58,664 nucleotides of DNA from Parcubacteria group bacterium (GTDB taxonomy: Bacteria; Patescibacteriota; Minisyncoccia; UBA6257; UBA11618). The notes beneath the pieces were generated by a model that saw only the letters and a list, made by a program, of their open reading frames with translations, was not told where the DNA came from and made no database searches. Each line of letters starts with the position of its first letter. The stretch's first letter is position 1. The translations under genes were made by a program, and so were the position numbers. Where the stretch lies: assembly GCA_943349395.1 (NCBI GenBank), contig CALQZH010000002.1, positions 25,745-84,408 of the forward strand. The letters run 5' to 3'. Shown here in pieces: positions 24,683 through 33,870 of this stretch.

Positions 24683-25867
24683 ATGACAGAGGCAGAGAGA
24701 AAAGCGCAGTTTTTTCCGCACTCGATGCGTTCGGGATACGGCGGGCAATTGCCCGCATCGGCGCATGCGCTGAATTACATCTTGTCGGGGGGAACCGTGG
24801 CGGAGAATGTGGCGAAGCTCACGGGGTTCCTGTGCGAGGCAATGAAGTTCCGCCACGAGGAGGCGATGCTCGAGGGGTTCGAGTGGCTATGCAAGGCATG
24901 GGAGCGGTTCGACGCTCACGTTGAGATGCGCGCTGCTCAGGGGATCAGCCACGAGGCATTTGGAGGAATTTCAGAGACTCCCATAGGAGTGTCGGCGGGA
25001 GATGTGTCTCCTGCGTGGACCGTGGAGCAGTTCAGGATGAACCAGCTCGATCGCCTGATCGACCTCTATGCGCTGACTCCGAGCATGGAATCTTGCATCA
25101 TGCTGAAGGTTGCGATCATCCAGAAGGCGGTACGTGAATTCCTTGTCCAGGAGCGTACGGAGATCGCCCGGAAGGCGTTCTCGTTCTTTCTCGCGATGGG
25201 ATATATGACGCGCAAAGGGTACAGGTTCGACCATCCGTACTCCGACGTGCGGGAGAGACTGACTGACAGATGCGTGACGAAAGCCGAGCGTGACGCGCTC
25301 GAGAACGCGGTCCGGGAGGGAATGGGTTCGTGGAAGTTGGAAGATATCGAGGCGTGGTACGTGGAATGGAGCGGCTTCCGGTTCATCCATGCCGATCTGC
25401 TGAATGTGTTCGGCGTCGTGTGGGGAAGGAAAGGCGGGGTGGCGCTTATGGATGGGAGTCTTGCCGACAGGGCGCTTCTCGCACGGTTCGACCGCATGAA
25501 ACGATCCCCGGTCGCGATCGATCTTTTCAGGCAGATGTCGGATACCATTGCCGATTTCGATATCCGGATCGCGTCGCTCGTGGAGCGGATGACGCCCGAT
25601 AGCCGTAAAAACGGATGGCGGGACGATGGTATCGGGCAGTGCGAGGAGCTTTATGGCACGATCCAAGTCGGTTCCGAAAAGATCGGGGAGCTCGTGATCG
25701 CGTTGAAACTGCCGGAAGGCTTTCCGGATGCGTTGGGCAGGGATGTCGCGCGCCGCGCGCGCCAGCATGTCGAGCAGTGGAAAGAGGGTAATGGGCAGGG
25801 GATCGTCGTTTTCCTCACGACGATGCTCCACGACGGCTCGGGTGCCGTGAATAGCACGTTCAGATAG
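24683..25867 (+). CDS. orphan protein, paralog 2 (394 aa)
   Basis: ATG at 24683 after GGGAGAGAGAA. DDGIGQCEELYGTI, LPEGFPDAL and RRARQHVEQW parallel paralog 1. Confidence 0.65.
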   Translation: MTEAERKAQFFPHSMRSGYGGQLPASAHALNYILSGGTVAENVAKLTGFLCEAMKFRHEEAMLEGFEWLCKAWERFDAHVEMRAAQGISHEAFGGISETPIGVSAGDVSPAWTVEQFRMNQLDRLIDLYALTPSMESCIMLKVAIIQKAVREFLVQERTEIARKAFSFFLAMGYMTRKGYRFDHPYSDVRERLTDRCVTKAERDALENAVREGMGSWKLEDIEAWYVEWSGFRFIHADLLNVFGVVWGRKGGVALMDGSLADRALLARFDRMKRSPVAIDLFRQMSDTIADFDIRIASLVERMTPDSRKNGWRDDGIGQCEELYGTIQVGSEKIGELVIALKLPEGFPDALGRDVARRARQHVEQWKEGNGQGIVVFLTTMLHDGSGAVNSTFR

Positions 25868-25895
25868 GCGAATGATACCTAAGAAGCCTTAGGAG

Positions 25896-25922
25896 GCCCG
25901 GGGCGGAGACCCCGGGCTTTTT
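25896..25922 (+). terminator. intrinsic terminator
   Basis: GCCCGGGG-cggaga-CCCCGGGC + TTTTT. It closely resembles the terminator at 34731-34758. Confidence 0.75.
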
Positions 25923-25968
25923 CATTGCAATAACGAGGAAAAACAGGATATAGTGGAACGAAGATATC

Positions 25969-26040
25969 GCGCCCTTAGCTCAGTGGTAGAGCGTTTCATT
26001 GACATTGAAAAGGCCGAAGGTTCGATCCCTTCAGGGCGCA
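25969..26040 (+). tRNA. tRNA-Val (anticodon GAC)
   Basis: Acceptor GCGCCCT/AGGGCGC. Anticodon arm TTTCA-TTGACAT-TGAAA. T-arm GAAGG-TTCGATC-CCTTC. Confidence 0.9.
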
Positions 26041-26045
26041 CACAT

Positions 26046-26723
26046 ATGGAGCCGACAGTCATATACGAAGAGCCGGATTTCCTGGTTATTAATAAGCCGG
26101 GCGGCCTTATCGTTCATGGCGAGCATCCGTCGGTCGTCGACTGGCTCGTTAAGGAGTATCCCGAGGCGAAGAAAGTAGGAGATGATCCCGAGGAGCGCCC
26201 GGGCATCGTGCACCGCCTCGACCGGGATACCTCGGGCGTGATGGTTATCCCGCGCACGCAGGAGACATTCTCGTTCTTCAAGAACCTATTTCAGACGAAG
26301 GAGATAAAAAAGAAATATATCGCGCTCGTGTACGGCGTGCCGCGCGAGGCGAAGGGGACTATCGATAAGCCGATCGGCCTCAATTCGGGCTCAACGAAAC
26401 GTACGGTATTCGTGAAGAACGCGAAGATGGTAAAGGAGGCGGTGACAGACTACGAGGTTCTTCGCTCTTTCGAAATCGGCGGCGTGCCGGTATCGCTCGT
26501 CGCGGTTTCTCCGCGAACGGGCAGGACGCACCAGATCCGCGTGCATATGGCCTCAATAGGCTGCCCAATAGTTGGCGACACGCTGTACGGTCCCAAGAAA
26601 CAAGGGGTAGCTGCGCCCAGGCAGTTCTTGCACGCGGAGTCGGTCGAGTTCCCCACGCCGCGCGGCAATCGCATCACGGTTTCGGCCGATCTGCCCCCGG
26701 AGCTCGCGGCGCTCATATCATAA
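26046..26723 (+). CDS. RluA-family pseudouridine synthase
   Basis: The catalytic motif HRLDRDTSGVMV and ...GRTHQIRVHM are present. The track ORF (25953) overlaps tRNA-Val, so I take the ATG at 26046 (MEPTVIYEEPDFLVINKP). Confidence 0.85.
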   Translation: MEPTVIYEEPDFLVINKPGGLIVHGEHPSVVDWLVKEYPEAKKVGDDPEERPGIVHRLDRDTSGVMVIPRTQETFSFFKNLFQTKEIKKKYIALVYGVPREAKGTIDKPIGLNSGSTKRTVFVKNAKMVKEAVTDYEVLRSFEIGGVPVSLVAVSPRTGRTHQIRVHMASIGCPIVGDTLYGPKKQGVAAPRQFLHAESVEFPTPRGNRITVSADLPPELAALIS

Positions 26724-26865
26724 AGAAAGAGGCCGGGATTCGCGGCCTCTTCCGAACAAGGGTACAGATAGGATCACTCATCCTTTCTGTGAAACCCGTG
26801 CCTAATAGTCGGGAATCCGGACAAGCACCGCACTCATCCCCGTAGGCTTCTAATCGCACTATCTG

Positions 26866-28638
26866 TCAGGGTCGGACCACAGTCAAGGGGATAACTATCC
26901 GCGCGGGAGGGTTGTCGGTCGCGTATGAGAGGGTATCCGTTCCCGATTCTTTCCAGATCATGCCCTGCGGGGCATGGAACGTGGCCGTAAAGGGCCCATC
27001 GATGCCCGACTGCTTGTCGAATACGAAGGAGTACGGCGTTTCCTCGGCATCGAACGTGAGCCCGGTCTGCCGCGAATACGCGGCGGCGATCGTCTTCGTC
27101 TCGCCCGGGTCGATGTCTATCCAGGTCGAGAATGTAGCCTTGCCGCCATCGGCCGCGAGGTCGGGGTCGGCGCTATAGCCGGCCTTCGCGTAATCGATGG
27201 TGGACTTTATGTCGCGCGCATAGCCGCCCGAAAGCGACGCGAGCGTTGTGCCGGGAGCCGTGAGGAGTTGGACGTAGGTGCGGCTCATCGTGTTGTACCA
27301 GCGCTCGGTGCGGACGTCTCCGCCGTTTTTCCGTTCGATCGAGAGCATATCCGTGACGCTGCCGTCGCGGGCGAGAGTCTCGTCGAGCGTCAGGGATTGC
27401 GTCGCATAGGCATCGGTCTTCCCCCCCGCGATATTCGCGTAGACGACCGCGAGGTAGCTGCCGGGGAAGCGTTCGGGGGTCGGATAGAGCTCGCCGCCCG
27501 CGCCGAGCGATTGCATATAGGCTTCCATGACCGGGTTCGCGAAATAGGCCATGACGTCCTTGTTCGCGATGCGCTTTCCGATCGCGAGGACGAGGGCCTT
27601 CTTCCCGTCGTCCTGGAGGGAGGAAAGCTTCGCGAAGAGCGCGGGCGTCGCCTGCTTCACGATGCCCTTGCTCTGCTTCGTCTCGACGTCCTCCTGCAGG
27701 GCGGCGACGAACGTCTTCGCGTCGAGCGTGAGCGTGGTGCCGTCTGCCTGCGGCAGTTCGAGCGGGCCCGTGATCGCGAGAATGTCGCCGATGAGATTGA
27801 CGTTGATCGCGATCGCGCCCGAGAAGCGCATGTGCCGGTCGCGGTATATCCGCGACGCCTCGAGGAAACGGGCGACCTTGCGGGCCGAGGTCGGATAGTC
27901 GGCGAACCAGTTAGCGTCGCGCGCCCCCCAATTCGTGGTGAGTTTCTGGAGCGCGACGGGCGGGATGATCTTGCTCGTGAGCTGGCCGTCGGGGTCATAG
28001 ATATCCTGCACCTCGAGGCTCGTGAGGCTCGCATGGTTCAGGGAAAGGTGGGCGAAGCTCCCGAGGAAGCCGCCGCCCGGGCGGATCTCCGAGGGATTCT
28101 GGAAAAGGACGAGTACGTTCTGGGTCTCTGGGGAATCGAGCCAGGCGACTGACGCGTCGATCATGGAAAGGGCGGTGTAGACCTCTTCCTTGTTCGCGGT
28201 AGGGGCGACAAGCTCGATATTCGCGCGCAGGCGTTTCAAGGTCGCGATGAATTCTAGGCCTTTTCCGGTGAGTATGAGCTGGGCGCCATTGCGTTTCAGG
28301 AAATCGAGATCCTGGGCGATCCCCGCCGAGGCGTTCGCGAGGCCGTGGGCGCCCTCTAGTTCCGTGGCGACTGAGTTGAGGAAGGGTACGAATTCGCGCC
28401 ATAAGGAAAGGGCACCCTCGAGCTGTTTCAGCTGACCTTGTACCATCGCGAGGTAGAGTCCCGCGCGGTGCGGTTCCATGTCCTTCATCGCTTGTGCCGC
28501 CTTGCTTGCCGTGAGGCGCATCTCGCCCTTCATATGGAGCGCGCGCGTGCGGAAATTCCACAGGCCGATGCCGAATACGACGGCGATGATCGCGGCTAGT
28601 GCGCCGAGAGCGACGAGAAGATGCTTGAGAGTTCGCAT
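26866..28638 (-). CDS. DUF4012 domain membrane protein
   Basis: NPSEIRPGGGFLGSFAHLSL...LEVQDIYDPDG is the DUF4012 core. The N-terminal anchor is LLVALGALAAIIAVVFGIGLW, starting from the ATG at 28638. The Arg-rich extension in the track ORF is rejected. Confidence 0.8.
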   Translation of the reverse strand: MRTLKHLLVALGALAAIIAVVFGIGLWNFRTRALHMKGEMRLTASKAAQAMKDMEPHRAGLYLAMVQGQLKQLEGALSLWREFVPFLNSVATELEGAHGLANASAGIAQDLDFLKRNGAQLILTGKGLEFIATLKRLRANIELVAPTANKEEVYTALSMIDASVAWLDSPETQNVLVLFQNPSEIRPGGGFLGSFAHLSLNHASLTSLEVQDIYDPDGQLTSKIIPPVALQKLTTNWGARDANWFADYPTSARKVARFLEASRIYRDRHMRFSGAIAINVNLIGDILAITGPLELPQADGTTLTLDAKTFVAALQEDVETKQSKGIVKQATPALFAKLSSLQDDGKKALVLAIGKRIANKDVMAYFANPVMEAYMQSLGAGGELYPTPERFPGSYLAVVYANIAGGKTDAYATQSLTLDETLARDGSVTDMLSIERKNGGDVRTERWYNTMSRTYVQLLTAPGTTLASLSGGYARDIKSTIDYAKAGYSADPDLAADGGKATFSTWIDIDPGETKTIAAAYSRQTGLTFDAEETPYSFVFDKQSGIDGPFTATFHAPQGMIWKESGTDTLSYATDNPPARIVIPLTVVRP

Positions 28639-29693
28639 ATCGTGGTGTTCCAGTCGAAGCGCTGGGCGTTTTCGTAGCCTCGCGCGACGAGCCGGTCGCG
28701 CTCGACCTCGTCCGTAAGGACGGCTTCGAGCGCTCCCGCGAGGCCGTGCACGTCCCATGGGCTCGTGAGGAGCGCGGAGTCGCCGAGGATTTCCGGGAGC
28801 GATGCGCGGTCGCTCGCGATGACGGGGCAGCCGTACGACTGCGCCTCGAGCGGGGGGAAGCCGAATCCCTCGAAGAACGAGGGGAATATGAGCGCCTCGG
28901 CTTCAGTATACATGAATGCTTTTTCCTCCTGGCTCACGCCGCCCCACCAGATCACGCCCGGATAGTCCGGGGGGTCGAATTTCCAGCTCTTCCCGCCGGC
29001 GATGATGAGATTCAGGTCCGCGAAGCGCGGGTCGCGCTTCAAGAGCGCGAAGGCGGAAATGGCGGCCGGGATATTCTTGCGCGGCTCGAGGGTCGAGAGC
29101 GAGAGGATATACGGCGTGGCGAGAATTCCTTTCTGCGCGGTCGAGAGGGTGTCCGGCGCGGCGGCAGGGGCAGGCGGCGCGTCCACGCCCGGGTAGACGA
29201 CGCGGATCTTCGCCTCGGGCACGCCGAGCGTGTCCATGATGTCGCGCTTCGTATAGTGGGAGTTCGTGATGACGACGGACGCATCGCGCGCCTGTTCCGC
29301 GATGCGCTGGCGGCGGTGCCATAGGCGGTACTTCAGGGGGAAGAACTGCGGGTAGTGGATGAAGGATAAGTCGTGGATCGTGAGCGCGCGGGGAGCACGC
29401 TCCGAGCGCAGGCGGTTCATGTGCGGGCTGTATATGGCGTCGCAGGATATATGGCCGTCGATGGCCGGCTGCCACAGGTCATAGAGCTTGTTGGGCATGC
29501 CCCAGTTCACCACGCGCACGTGCGGCGCGCGCCAGTCCTCGGGGAGCGGCGCGGTGCGCCAGGCGTTATAGAAGAGCGTTATCGGGGTTTCGGGCCGCGC
29601 CGCGATGAGGCGGCTCACGATATTCTCGGCGTAGATTTCGACGCCCGTTTTCCCGCCTTGGGCGAGGAGTCGGGCGTCTACGAGGAGTTGCAT
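28596..29693 (-). CDS. glycosyltransferase (GT4/GT1-fold)
   Basis: The C-terminal Glycos_transf_1 pattern is FPSFFEGFGFPPLEAQSYGCPVIAS. Confidence 0.85.
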   Translation of the reverse strand: MQLLVDARLLAQGGKTGVEIYAENIVSRLIAARPETPITLFYNAWRTAPLPEDWRAPHVRVVNWGMPNKLYDLWQPAIDGHISCDAIYSPHMNRLRSERAPRALTIHDLSFIHYPQFFPLKYRLWHRRQRIAEQARDASVVITNSHYTKRDIMDTLGVPEAKIRVVYPGVDAPPAPAAAPDTLSTAQKGILATPYILSLSTLEPRKNIPAAISAFALLKRDPRFADLNLIIAGGKSWKFDPPDYPGVIWWGGVSQEEKAFMYTEAEALIFPSFFEGFGFPPLEAQSYGCPVIASDRASLPEILGDSALLTSPWDVHGLAGALEAVLTDEVERDRLVARGYENAQRFDWNTTICELSSIFSSLSAH

Positions 29694-29728
29694 GAAAGGG
29701 GATTATCATATACTATTATTCCACTTGG

Positions 29729-30100
29729 ATGGATAAGGCAATTCTCGATCAGATCAAGCCCGGCGCGCAGGTCAAGGTCCACGAACTGGTGAAGGAGGCG
29801 GTTGTCGTGGGCAAGAAGCCGGCAAAGGGCAAGAAAGACGACGGCAAGGGGCCGAAGGTGCGCATGAGCGTGTTTTCGGGCCTCGTCCTGTCGCGCAAGC
29901 ACGGCAATGAGGTCGGTGCCACGTTCACCGTTCGCGCCGTGATCGCGGGCGAAGGCGTCGAGAAGGCCTACCCTATCAATTCTCCCCTGATCTCGAAAGT
30001 CGAGATCGTCACCTCGCCGAAGAAGGTCCACCGCGCGAAGCTCTATTACCTGCGCGAAGTATCGCAGAAGAAGGCGCGTCAGAAGCTGCGGAAGATATAG
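29729..30100 (+). CDS. rplS: ribosomal protein bL19
   Basis: FSGLVLSRKHGNEVGATFTVRAV..GEGVEKAYPINSPLISKVEIV...KVHRAKLYYLR matches the L19 pattern. Confidence 0.9.
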   Translation: MDKAILDQIKPGAQVKVHELVKEAVVVGKKPAKGKKDDGKGPKVRMSVFSGLVLSRKHGNEVGATFTVRAVIAGEGVEKAYPINSPLISKVEIVTSPKKVHRAKLYYLREVSQKKARQKLRKI

Positions 30101-30188
30101 GAACAGGGAAGGGGATCCCGGCTCATGGCCGGGATTTTCTTCGGGCATGGAAAAAGGCAGGGAATCCTGGTATTGTAGGGAGGAAGTT

Positions 30189-30269
30189 GCCCAGGTGGCG
30201 AAATGGCAGACGCACTACCTTGAGGTGGTAGCGCCGCAAGGCATGGAGGTTCGAGTCCTCTCCTGGGCA
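30189..30269 (+). tRNA. tRNA-Leu (anticodon GAG)
   Basis: Acceptor GCCCAGG/CCTGGGC. Anticodon arm CTACC-TTGAGGT-GGTAG. 13-nt variable arm. T-arm GGAGG-TTCGAGT-CCTCT. Confidence 0.9.
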
Positions 30270-30270
30270 C

Positions 30271-30306
30271 AAATATAAAGACCCCTTTCAAGGGGTCTTT
30301 ATATTT
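30271..30306. terminator. bidirectional hairpin after tRNA-Leu
   Basis: aaatataaagacccctt/aaggggtctttatattt palindrome, starting 1 nt after the tRNA. Confidence 0.65.
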
Positions 30307-30308
30307 GT

Positions 30309-30482
30309 GCCTTGCGTGAGAGGAATCGAACCGGATAGGTTCCCTGTTTGTTCAAGAGCGAAGCGATTGACGCACAAACAGCAATGCCGCACCGTAGTGC
30401 GGCCCCCCAAGTTTTCAAGAAGGCCTCGGGCCGACTATGAAAACAGCGACTTCGACCGGAGGGAGAAGCGAGTCCTCTCCTG
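30309..30482 (-). repeat. tRNA-convergent structured element, copy c (partner: tRNA-Leu)
   Basis: A 14-bp direct repeat of the tRNA-Leu 3' end (30469-30482 = 30252-30265). The end-pairing is GAGAGGAATCG (30318-30328) with CGAGTCCTCTC (30469-30479). It has the same core as copies a and d2 plus a second hairpin, CTGTTTGT...ACAAACAG. Confidence 0.65.
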
Positions 30483-30493
30483 TTTCTGATATA

Positions 30494-30523
30494 TTGACTT
30501 TTATACCATTTAAATGGTATTTA
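30494..30523 (+). promoter_or_regulatory. promoter with an 18-bp perfect palindrome in the spacer
   Basis: TTGACT (30494), 18-nt spacer, TATTTA (30518). ATACCATTTAAATGGTAT (30503-30520) is a perfect palindrome. A mirrored TTGAAT...TATAAA on the minus strand points into element c. Confidence 0.5.
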
Positions 30524-30591
30524 ATATTCAACGGAACAATGGCCGAAGCCATGGAGGTCCGCAGGCAATTTGAGAATTTTTCGAGGAGAGA

Positions 30592-30816
30592 ATGATGCTC
30601 GGAACGATGACATTGATCGTCGAAACCGTAGGGATTCCGGGAGAACCGCTTGCTCACAATAAGGCTATTGAGGCATGCGTGGGCATTCAGTTATCGCATG
30701 GGTTTCAGGTCGCTGAGTCGAATACCTTCGCGATGTCCGTGCCTCACGAGGAGTCTCGGGTCTTGCGAATCTTGCGAATCACGACTATCAGGTTTGCCAT
30801 TCCGCCGAGTAGGTGA
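30592..30816 (+). CDS. possible small protein (74 aa)
   Basis: The ATG is preceded by GAGGAGAGA. There is no other support. Confidence 0.3.
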   Translation: MMLGTMTLIVETVGIPGEPLAHNKAIEACVGIQLSHGFQVAESNTFAMSVPHEESRVLRILRITTIRFAIPPSR

Positions 30817-30895
30817 TTGGGTAGAGGGATCCGCGGCCGAAGCCGCGAGAGTCCGGAAGACTGTTCAGGCACGTCGAACGCGAAGGAGAATGACG

Positions 30896-31504
30896 ATGAC
30901 CGTAGGAGAAGTGAATGCCTCATGGGCGAAATTAGGTGCGCTGAAGGTGCGGCCGCTAACTGTGGACGATCCGTCGCAGTTGGAACAGGCGGCGCAGGCT
31001 CGGCAGCGGCAATTGGCACGCGGAGCCGAGTTATTCGAGATCGTGTGCCAGCAGATCGCGACCGATCTCGGTCTTATTTGGGGAGGGAGTCCGGCAGATA
31101 TTCCCGACGATACGGAGATTTCCGAGGCTGCCGAGCTGAGATTCGACGAGTATTTCGCTCACATGGGCAATTGTCTCTTTGAGGGAGAAACTCGACGGGA
31201 CAGGATCCTCGGGGATACGTTCTCGGAAGCGGGATTGCCGAAGATCCACTGGAAAGTCGAAGGAAAAAAGTTCGTATTCGAGACGGATGCTCGCGGAAGC
31301 CGTACGATCCTCGGCGGGACGATTCTCTCATTCGAGCTCAATGCGGGCGAGGGACTGGTGTTCTATGTCTCGACCCCGTTTCTCTTCGGGAAGAGGATCC
31401 TCTCGCTGCATCGGGCTCATGGACAATGGCTCATGCGCATCGAGAAGGGTGATGGAGCGAACGAGGAGGTTGAATTCGTGAGCGGCTCAGTCGAATTCGA
31501 ATAA
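30896..31504 (+). CDS. hypothetical protein (~203 aa)
   Basis: ATG at 30896 (or 30890) after GAAGGAGA. The upstream part of the track ORF is Arg/Ser-rich junk. No motif recognised. Confidence 0.6.
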   Translation: MTVGEVNASWAKLGALKVRPLTVDDPSQLEQAAQARQRQLARGAELFEIVCQQIATDLGLIWGGSPADIPDDTEISEAAELRFDEYFAHMGNCLFEGETRRDRILGDTFSEAGLPKIHWKVEGKKFVFETDARGSRTILGGTILSFELNAGEGLVFYVSTPFLFGKRILSLHRAHGQWLMRIEKGDGANEEVEFVSGSVEFE

Positions 31505-31592
31505 GCGTTCGCATGATTGCGGGGAATAGAGAAGCTGTCGTGAGGCCAGTGGGCCCGCGACAGCTCTTTTTTATATGCTACGATGGCGAGTG

Positions 31593-32945
31593 ATGAACGC
31601 ATCTATTTCCGTAATCATATTCGGCGCAACGGGCGATCTTTACGAGACGAGGCTTTCGCATGCCTTGCAGGCTCTCTTTGCACAGGGGCTCTTGTCGCAG
31701 GACGTGCGGATCGTCGGTTTCGGCCGCCGTCCGCTCGGGGATGAGGGCTTTCGCGCATTCACTGCGGCCGCGCTTGCGAAGAAGGGCGATGCATCCTCCG
31801 ATTTCCTCGCGCGCTGTTCGTATGTGCAGGGAGACTTGGGATCGCAGGACGATTTCATAAAGCTTGGGCGCTATCTTGCGGAAGGGGATAAAAAGGCCGG
31901 CTCATGCTCGAACAAGATTTTTTACTTGGCCGTGCCGCCGCCCTTCTATGCGGGTATATTCGCGAATATCGCGGCCGCGGGGCTTACGGTGCCGTGCGCG
32001 CCGGGAGAGTCGCATGACGATACGTCATGGACGCGGGTCCTGGTCGAGAAGCCGTTCGGCAAGGACGGGGCGGAGGCGGAGCGGCTCGACAGGATGCTAG
32101 GAGAGCTCTTCGACGAGTCGCAGATATTCCGCATCGACCATTATCTCGCGAAAGAGACGATGCAGAACATCCTCGCATTCCGCTTCGCGAATCCCATGTT
32201 TATGCCGCTGTGGAATAAGGACCATATCGAGCGGATGAAAATCATCGTGCATGAGGAAAAGACAGTCGGCGCGCGCGGCGGGTTTTATGACGGCGTAGGA
32301 GCCTTGCGCGACGTGGGGCAGAACCACATGCTCCAGATGCTCGCCTTGGTCGCGATGGAACAGCCGCTCGACATGTCTGCCTCTGCCGTGCGGTCCGCGC
32401 GCGCTGGCATATTGGGGGGCGTGAGGCTCGATCCTGGGATCGCGCCGTTCCGGGCGCAGTACGCGGGATATCGCGATGAGCCGGGCGTAGCGAAGGATTC
32501 GGCGACCGAGACATTTTTCCGCGCGACGGTCGGGGTGGATGACGACCGCTGGCGCGGCGTGCCGTTCGAGCTCGAGAGCGGCAAGGCGCTCGGCGCGTCC
32601 CGCGTCGCGATCGAGGTGCATTTCAAAGGGGGGAATATGCTTGCATTCGCGATCCAGCCGCGCGAGGGGATACGGCTGAAGTTCTGGTTCAAGCGCCCGG
32701 GATTCGATGCCGCGCTCGAGGAACGCGAGCTTTCGTTCGGCTACGCGGACGATGCCGGAGGTGCTATCTCGCACGATGCCTACGAACGCGTGCTCTATGA
32801 CTGTATCCGGGGCGACCAGGCGCTCTTCATAAGCACGGAGGAGATCGTCGAGGAGTGGCGGATCACGGCGGCGATCATACGGGGCTGGCAGGCCGTATCG
32901 CTTCGCTTGTATCCCATGGGAGTCGCACCGGAATCTGTACAATAA
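31593..32945 (+). CDS. zwf: glucose-6-phosphate 1-dehydrogenase
   Basis: NADP-binding motif (IFGATGDL) and active-site signature (RIDHYLAKETMQNILAFRFAN). Confidence 0.9.
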   Translation: MNASISVIIFGATGDLYETRLSHALQALFAQGLLSQDVRIVGFGRRPLGDEGFRAFTAAALAKKGDASSDFLARCSYVQGDLGSQDDFIKLGRYLAEGDKKAGSCSNKIFYLAVPPPFYAGIFANIAAAGLTVPCAPGESHDDTSWTRVLVEKPFGKDGAEAERLDRMLGELFDESQIFRIDHYLAKETMQNILAFRFANPMFMPLWNKDHIERMKIIVHEEKTVGARGGFYDGVGALRDVGQNHMLQMLALVAMEQPLDMSASAVRSARAGILGGVRLDPGIAPFRAQYAGYRDEPGVAKDSATETFFRATVGVDDDRWRGVPFELESGKALGASRVAIEVHFKGGNMLAFAIQPREGIRLKFWFKRPGFDAALEERELSFGYADDAGGAISHDAYERVLYDCIRGDQALFISTEEIVEEWRITAAIIRGWQAVSLRLYPMGVAPESVQ

Positions 32946-33021
32946 GGTAAAATCGGGGTATTATTGCCGTCGTATGGCATCACAACCGCCGAAATCTCCG
33001 TTCGAGAAGCCGGGCTTCCCG

Positions 33022-33705
33022 ATGCGGATAAATAAGTATTTAGCCGGGAAAGGCTTTGCGACGCGCCGTGGCGTGGACGAGCTTGTCGCGCGCGGCAAGG
33101 TCACGATAAACGGGAAGCGGGCGGAGCTCGGCGCGAAGGTGAACGAAGGCGACTCGGTGAAAGTCGCGGGCGGGAAGGACGTGAAGGGGTTCCGCTACTT
33201 CGCCTACTACAAGCCGCTCGGCGTGATCACGAGTCTCGCGGGGGAAGGCGAGGAAGATATCATGTCCCAGGTGCGCATCCCGGGCGTCTTCCCCTTGGGC
33301 AGGCTCGATAAGAATTCGCAGGGCCTAATCCTCCTGACCGACGATGGGCGTGTCACCGACCGCCTCTTGAACCCGGAGAATGCGCACGAGAAGGAGTATT
33401 CGGTGAAGGTGAAGGACAAGCTCCGCTCGAGCTTCGAGGCGAAGATGGAGAAGGGCGTGAATATAGAAGGCTATGTGACGAAGCCGTGCCGCGTGGAGAT
33501 CGTGAACGAGAATACGTTCAAGGTGGTCCTGACCGAGGGGAAGAAGCACCAAATCAGGCGCATGTGCGTCGCCTTGTTCCAGGAGGTGTCCGACCTGAAG
33601 CGCATCAGGATCGAGAATATAACGCTCGGCAGCCTGAAGCCCGGCGCCTATCGCCCTATCGAGGGCGCGGAGCTCGCGCTTTTTTTGAAGGGGCTGGGAT
33701 TGTGA
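33022..33705 (+). CDS. RsuA/RluB-family pseudouridine synthase with an S4 domain
   Basis: S4 N-terminus (MRINKYLAGKGFATRRGVDELVARGKVTING) and catalytic motif (GRLDKNSQGLILLTDDG). The start could also be 32974. Confidence 0.85.
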   Translation: MRINKYLAGKGFATRRGVDELVARGKVTINGKRAELGAKVNEGDSVKVAGGKDVKGFRYFAYYKPLGVITSLAGEGEEDIMSQVRIPGVFPLGRLDKNSQGLILLTDDGRVTDRLLNPENAHEKEYSVKVKDKLRSSFEAKMEKGVNIEGYVTKPCRVEIVNENTFKVVLTEGKKHQIRRMCVALFQEVSDLKRIRIENITLGSLKPGAYRPIEGAELALFLKGLGL

Positions 33706-33870
33706 GATTCGTATCAAATTAAGGACGATCGTCATGAATTTAATACAGTAGCCATTCCGGCATCCGCCGTGTATATTGCATTTTTATATTTTTCGTGGCA
33801 TACTAGGCTCCGTATCGGGTAGCAGGGTACGATCGTTGAAACACATCCATATTCGCAGAAAGGAGGCCGC

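Noticed and set aside
25953-26045. N-terminal extensions of track ORFs: 25953 (RluA), 28758 (DUF4012), 46357 (PAP2), 39905 (M16), 50745 (L28), 15403 (ParB), 23156 and 24509 (paralogs), 30650.
   Set aside because: The extensions overlap a tRNA or an upstream gene, or are low-complexity Arg/Pro-rich. Internal starts give canonical N-termini and usually have an SD.
26755-26865. Convergent intergenic stretch with a duplicated CACTCATCC and a GUCGGGAAUCCGGAC hairpin, considered as a small SRP (4.5S) RNA.
   Set aside because: The two arms do not form the long continuous helix of 4.5S RNA, and the AGCA/GGAA motif context is wrong. It may just be 3' UTR.
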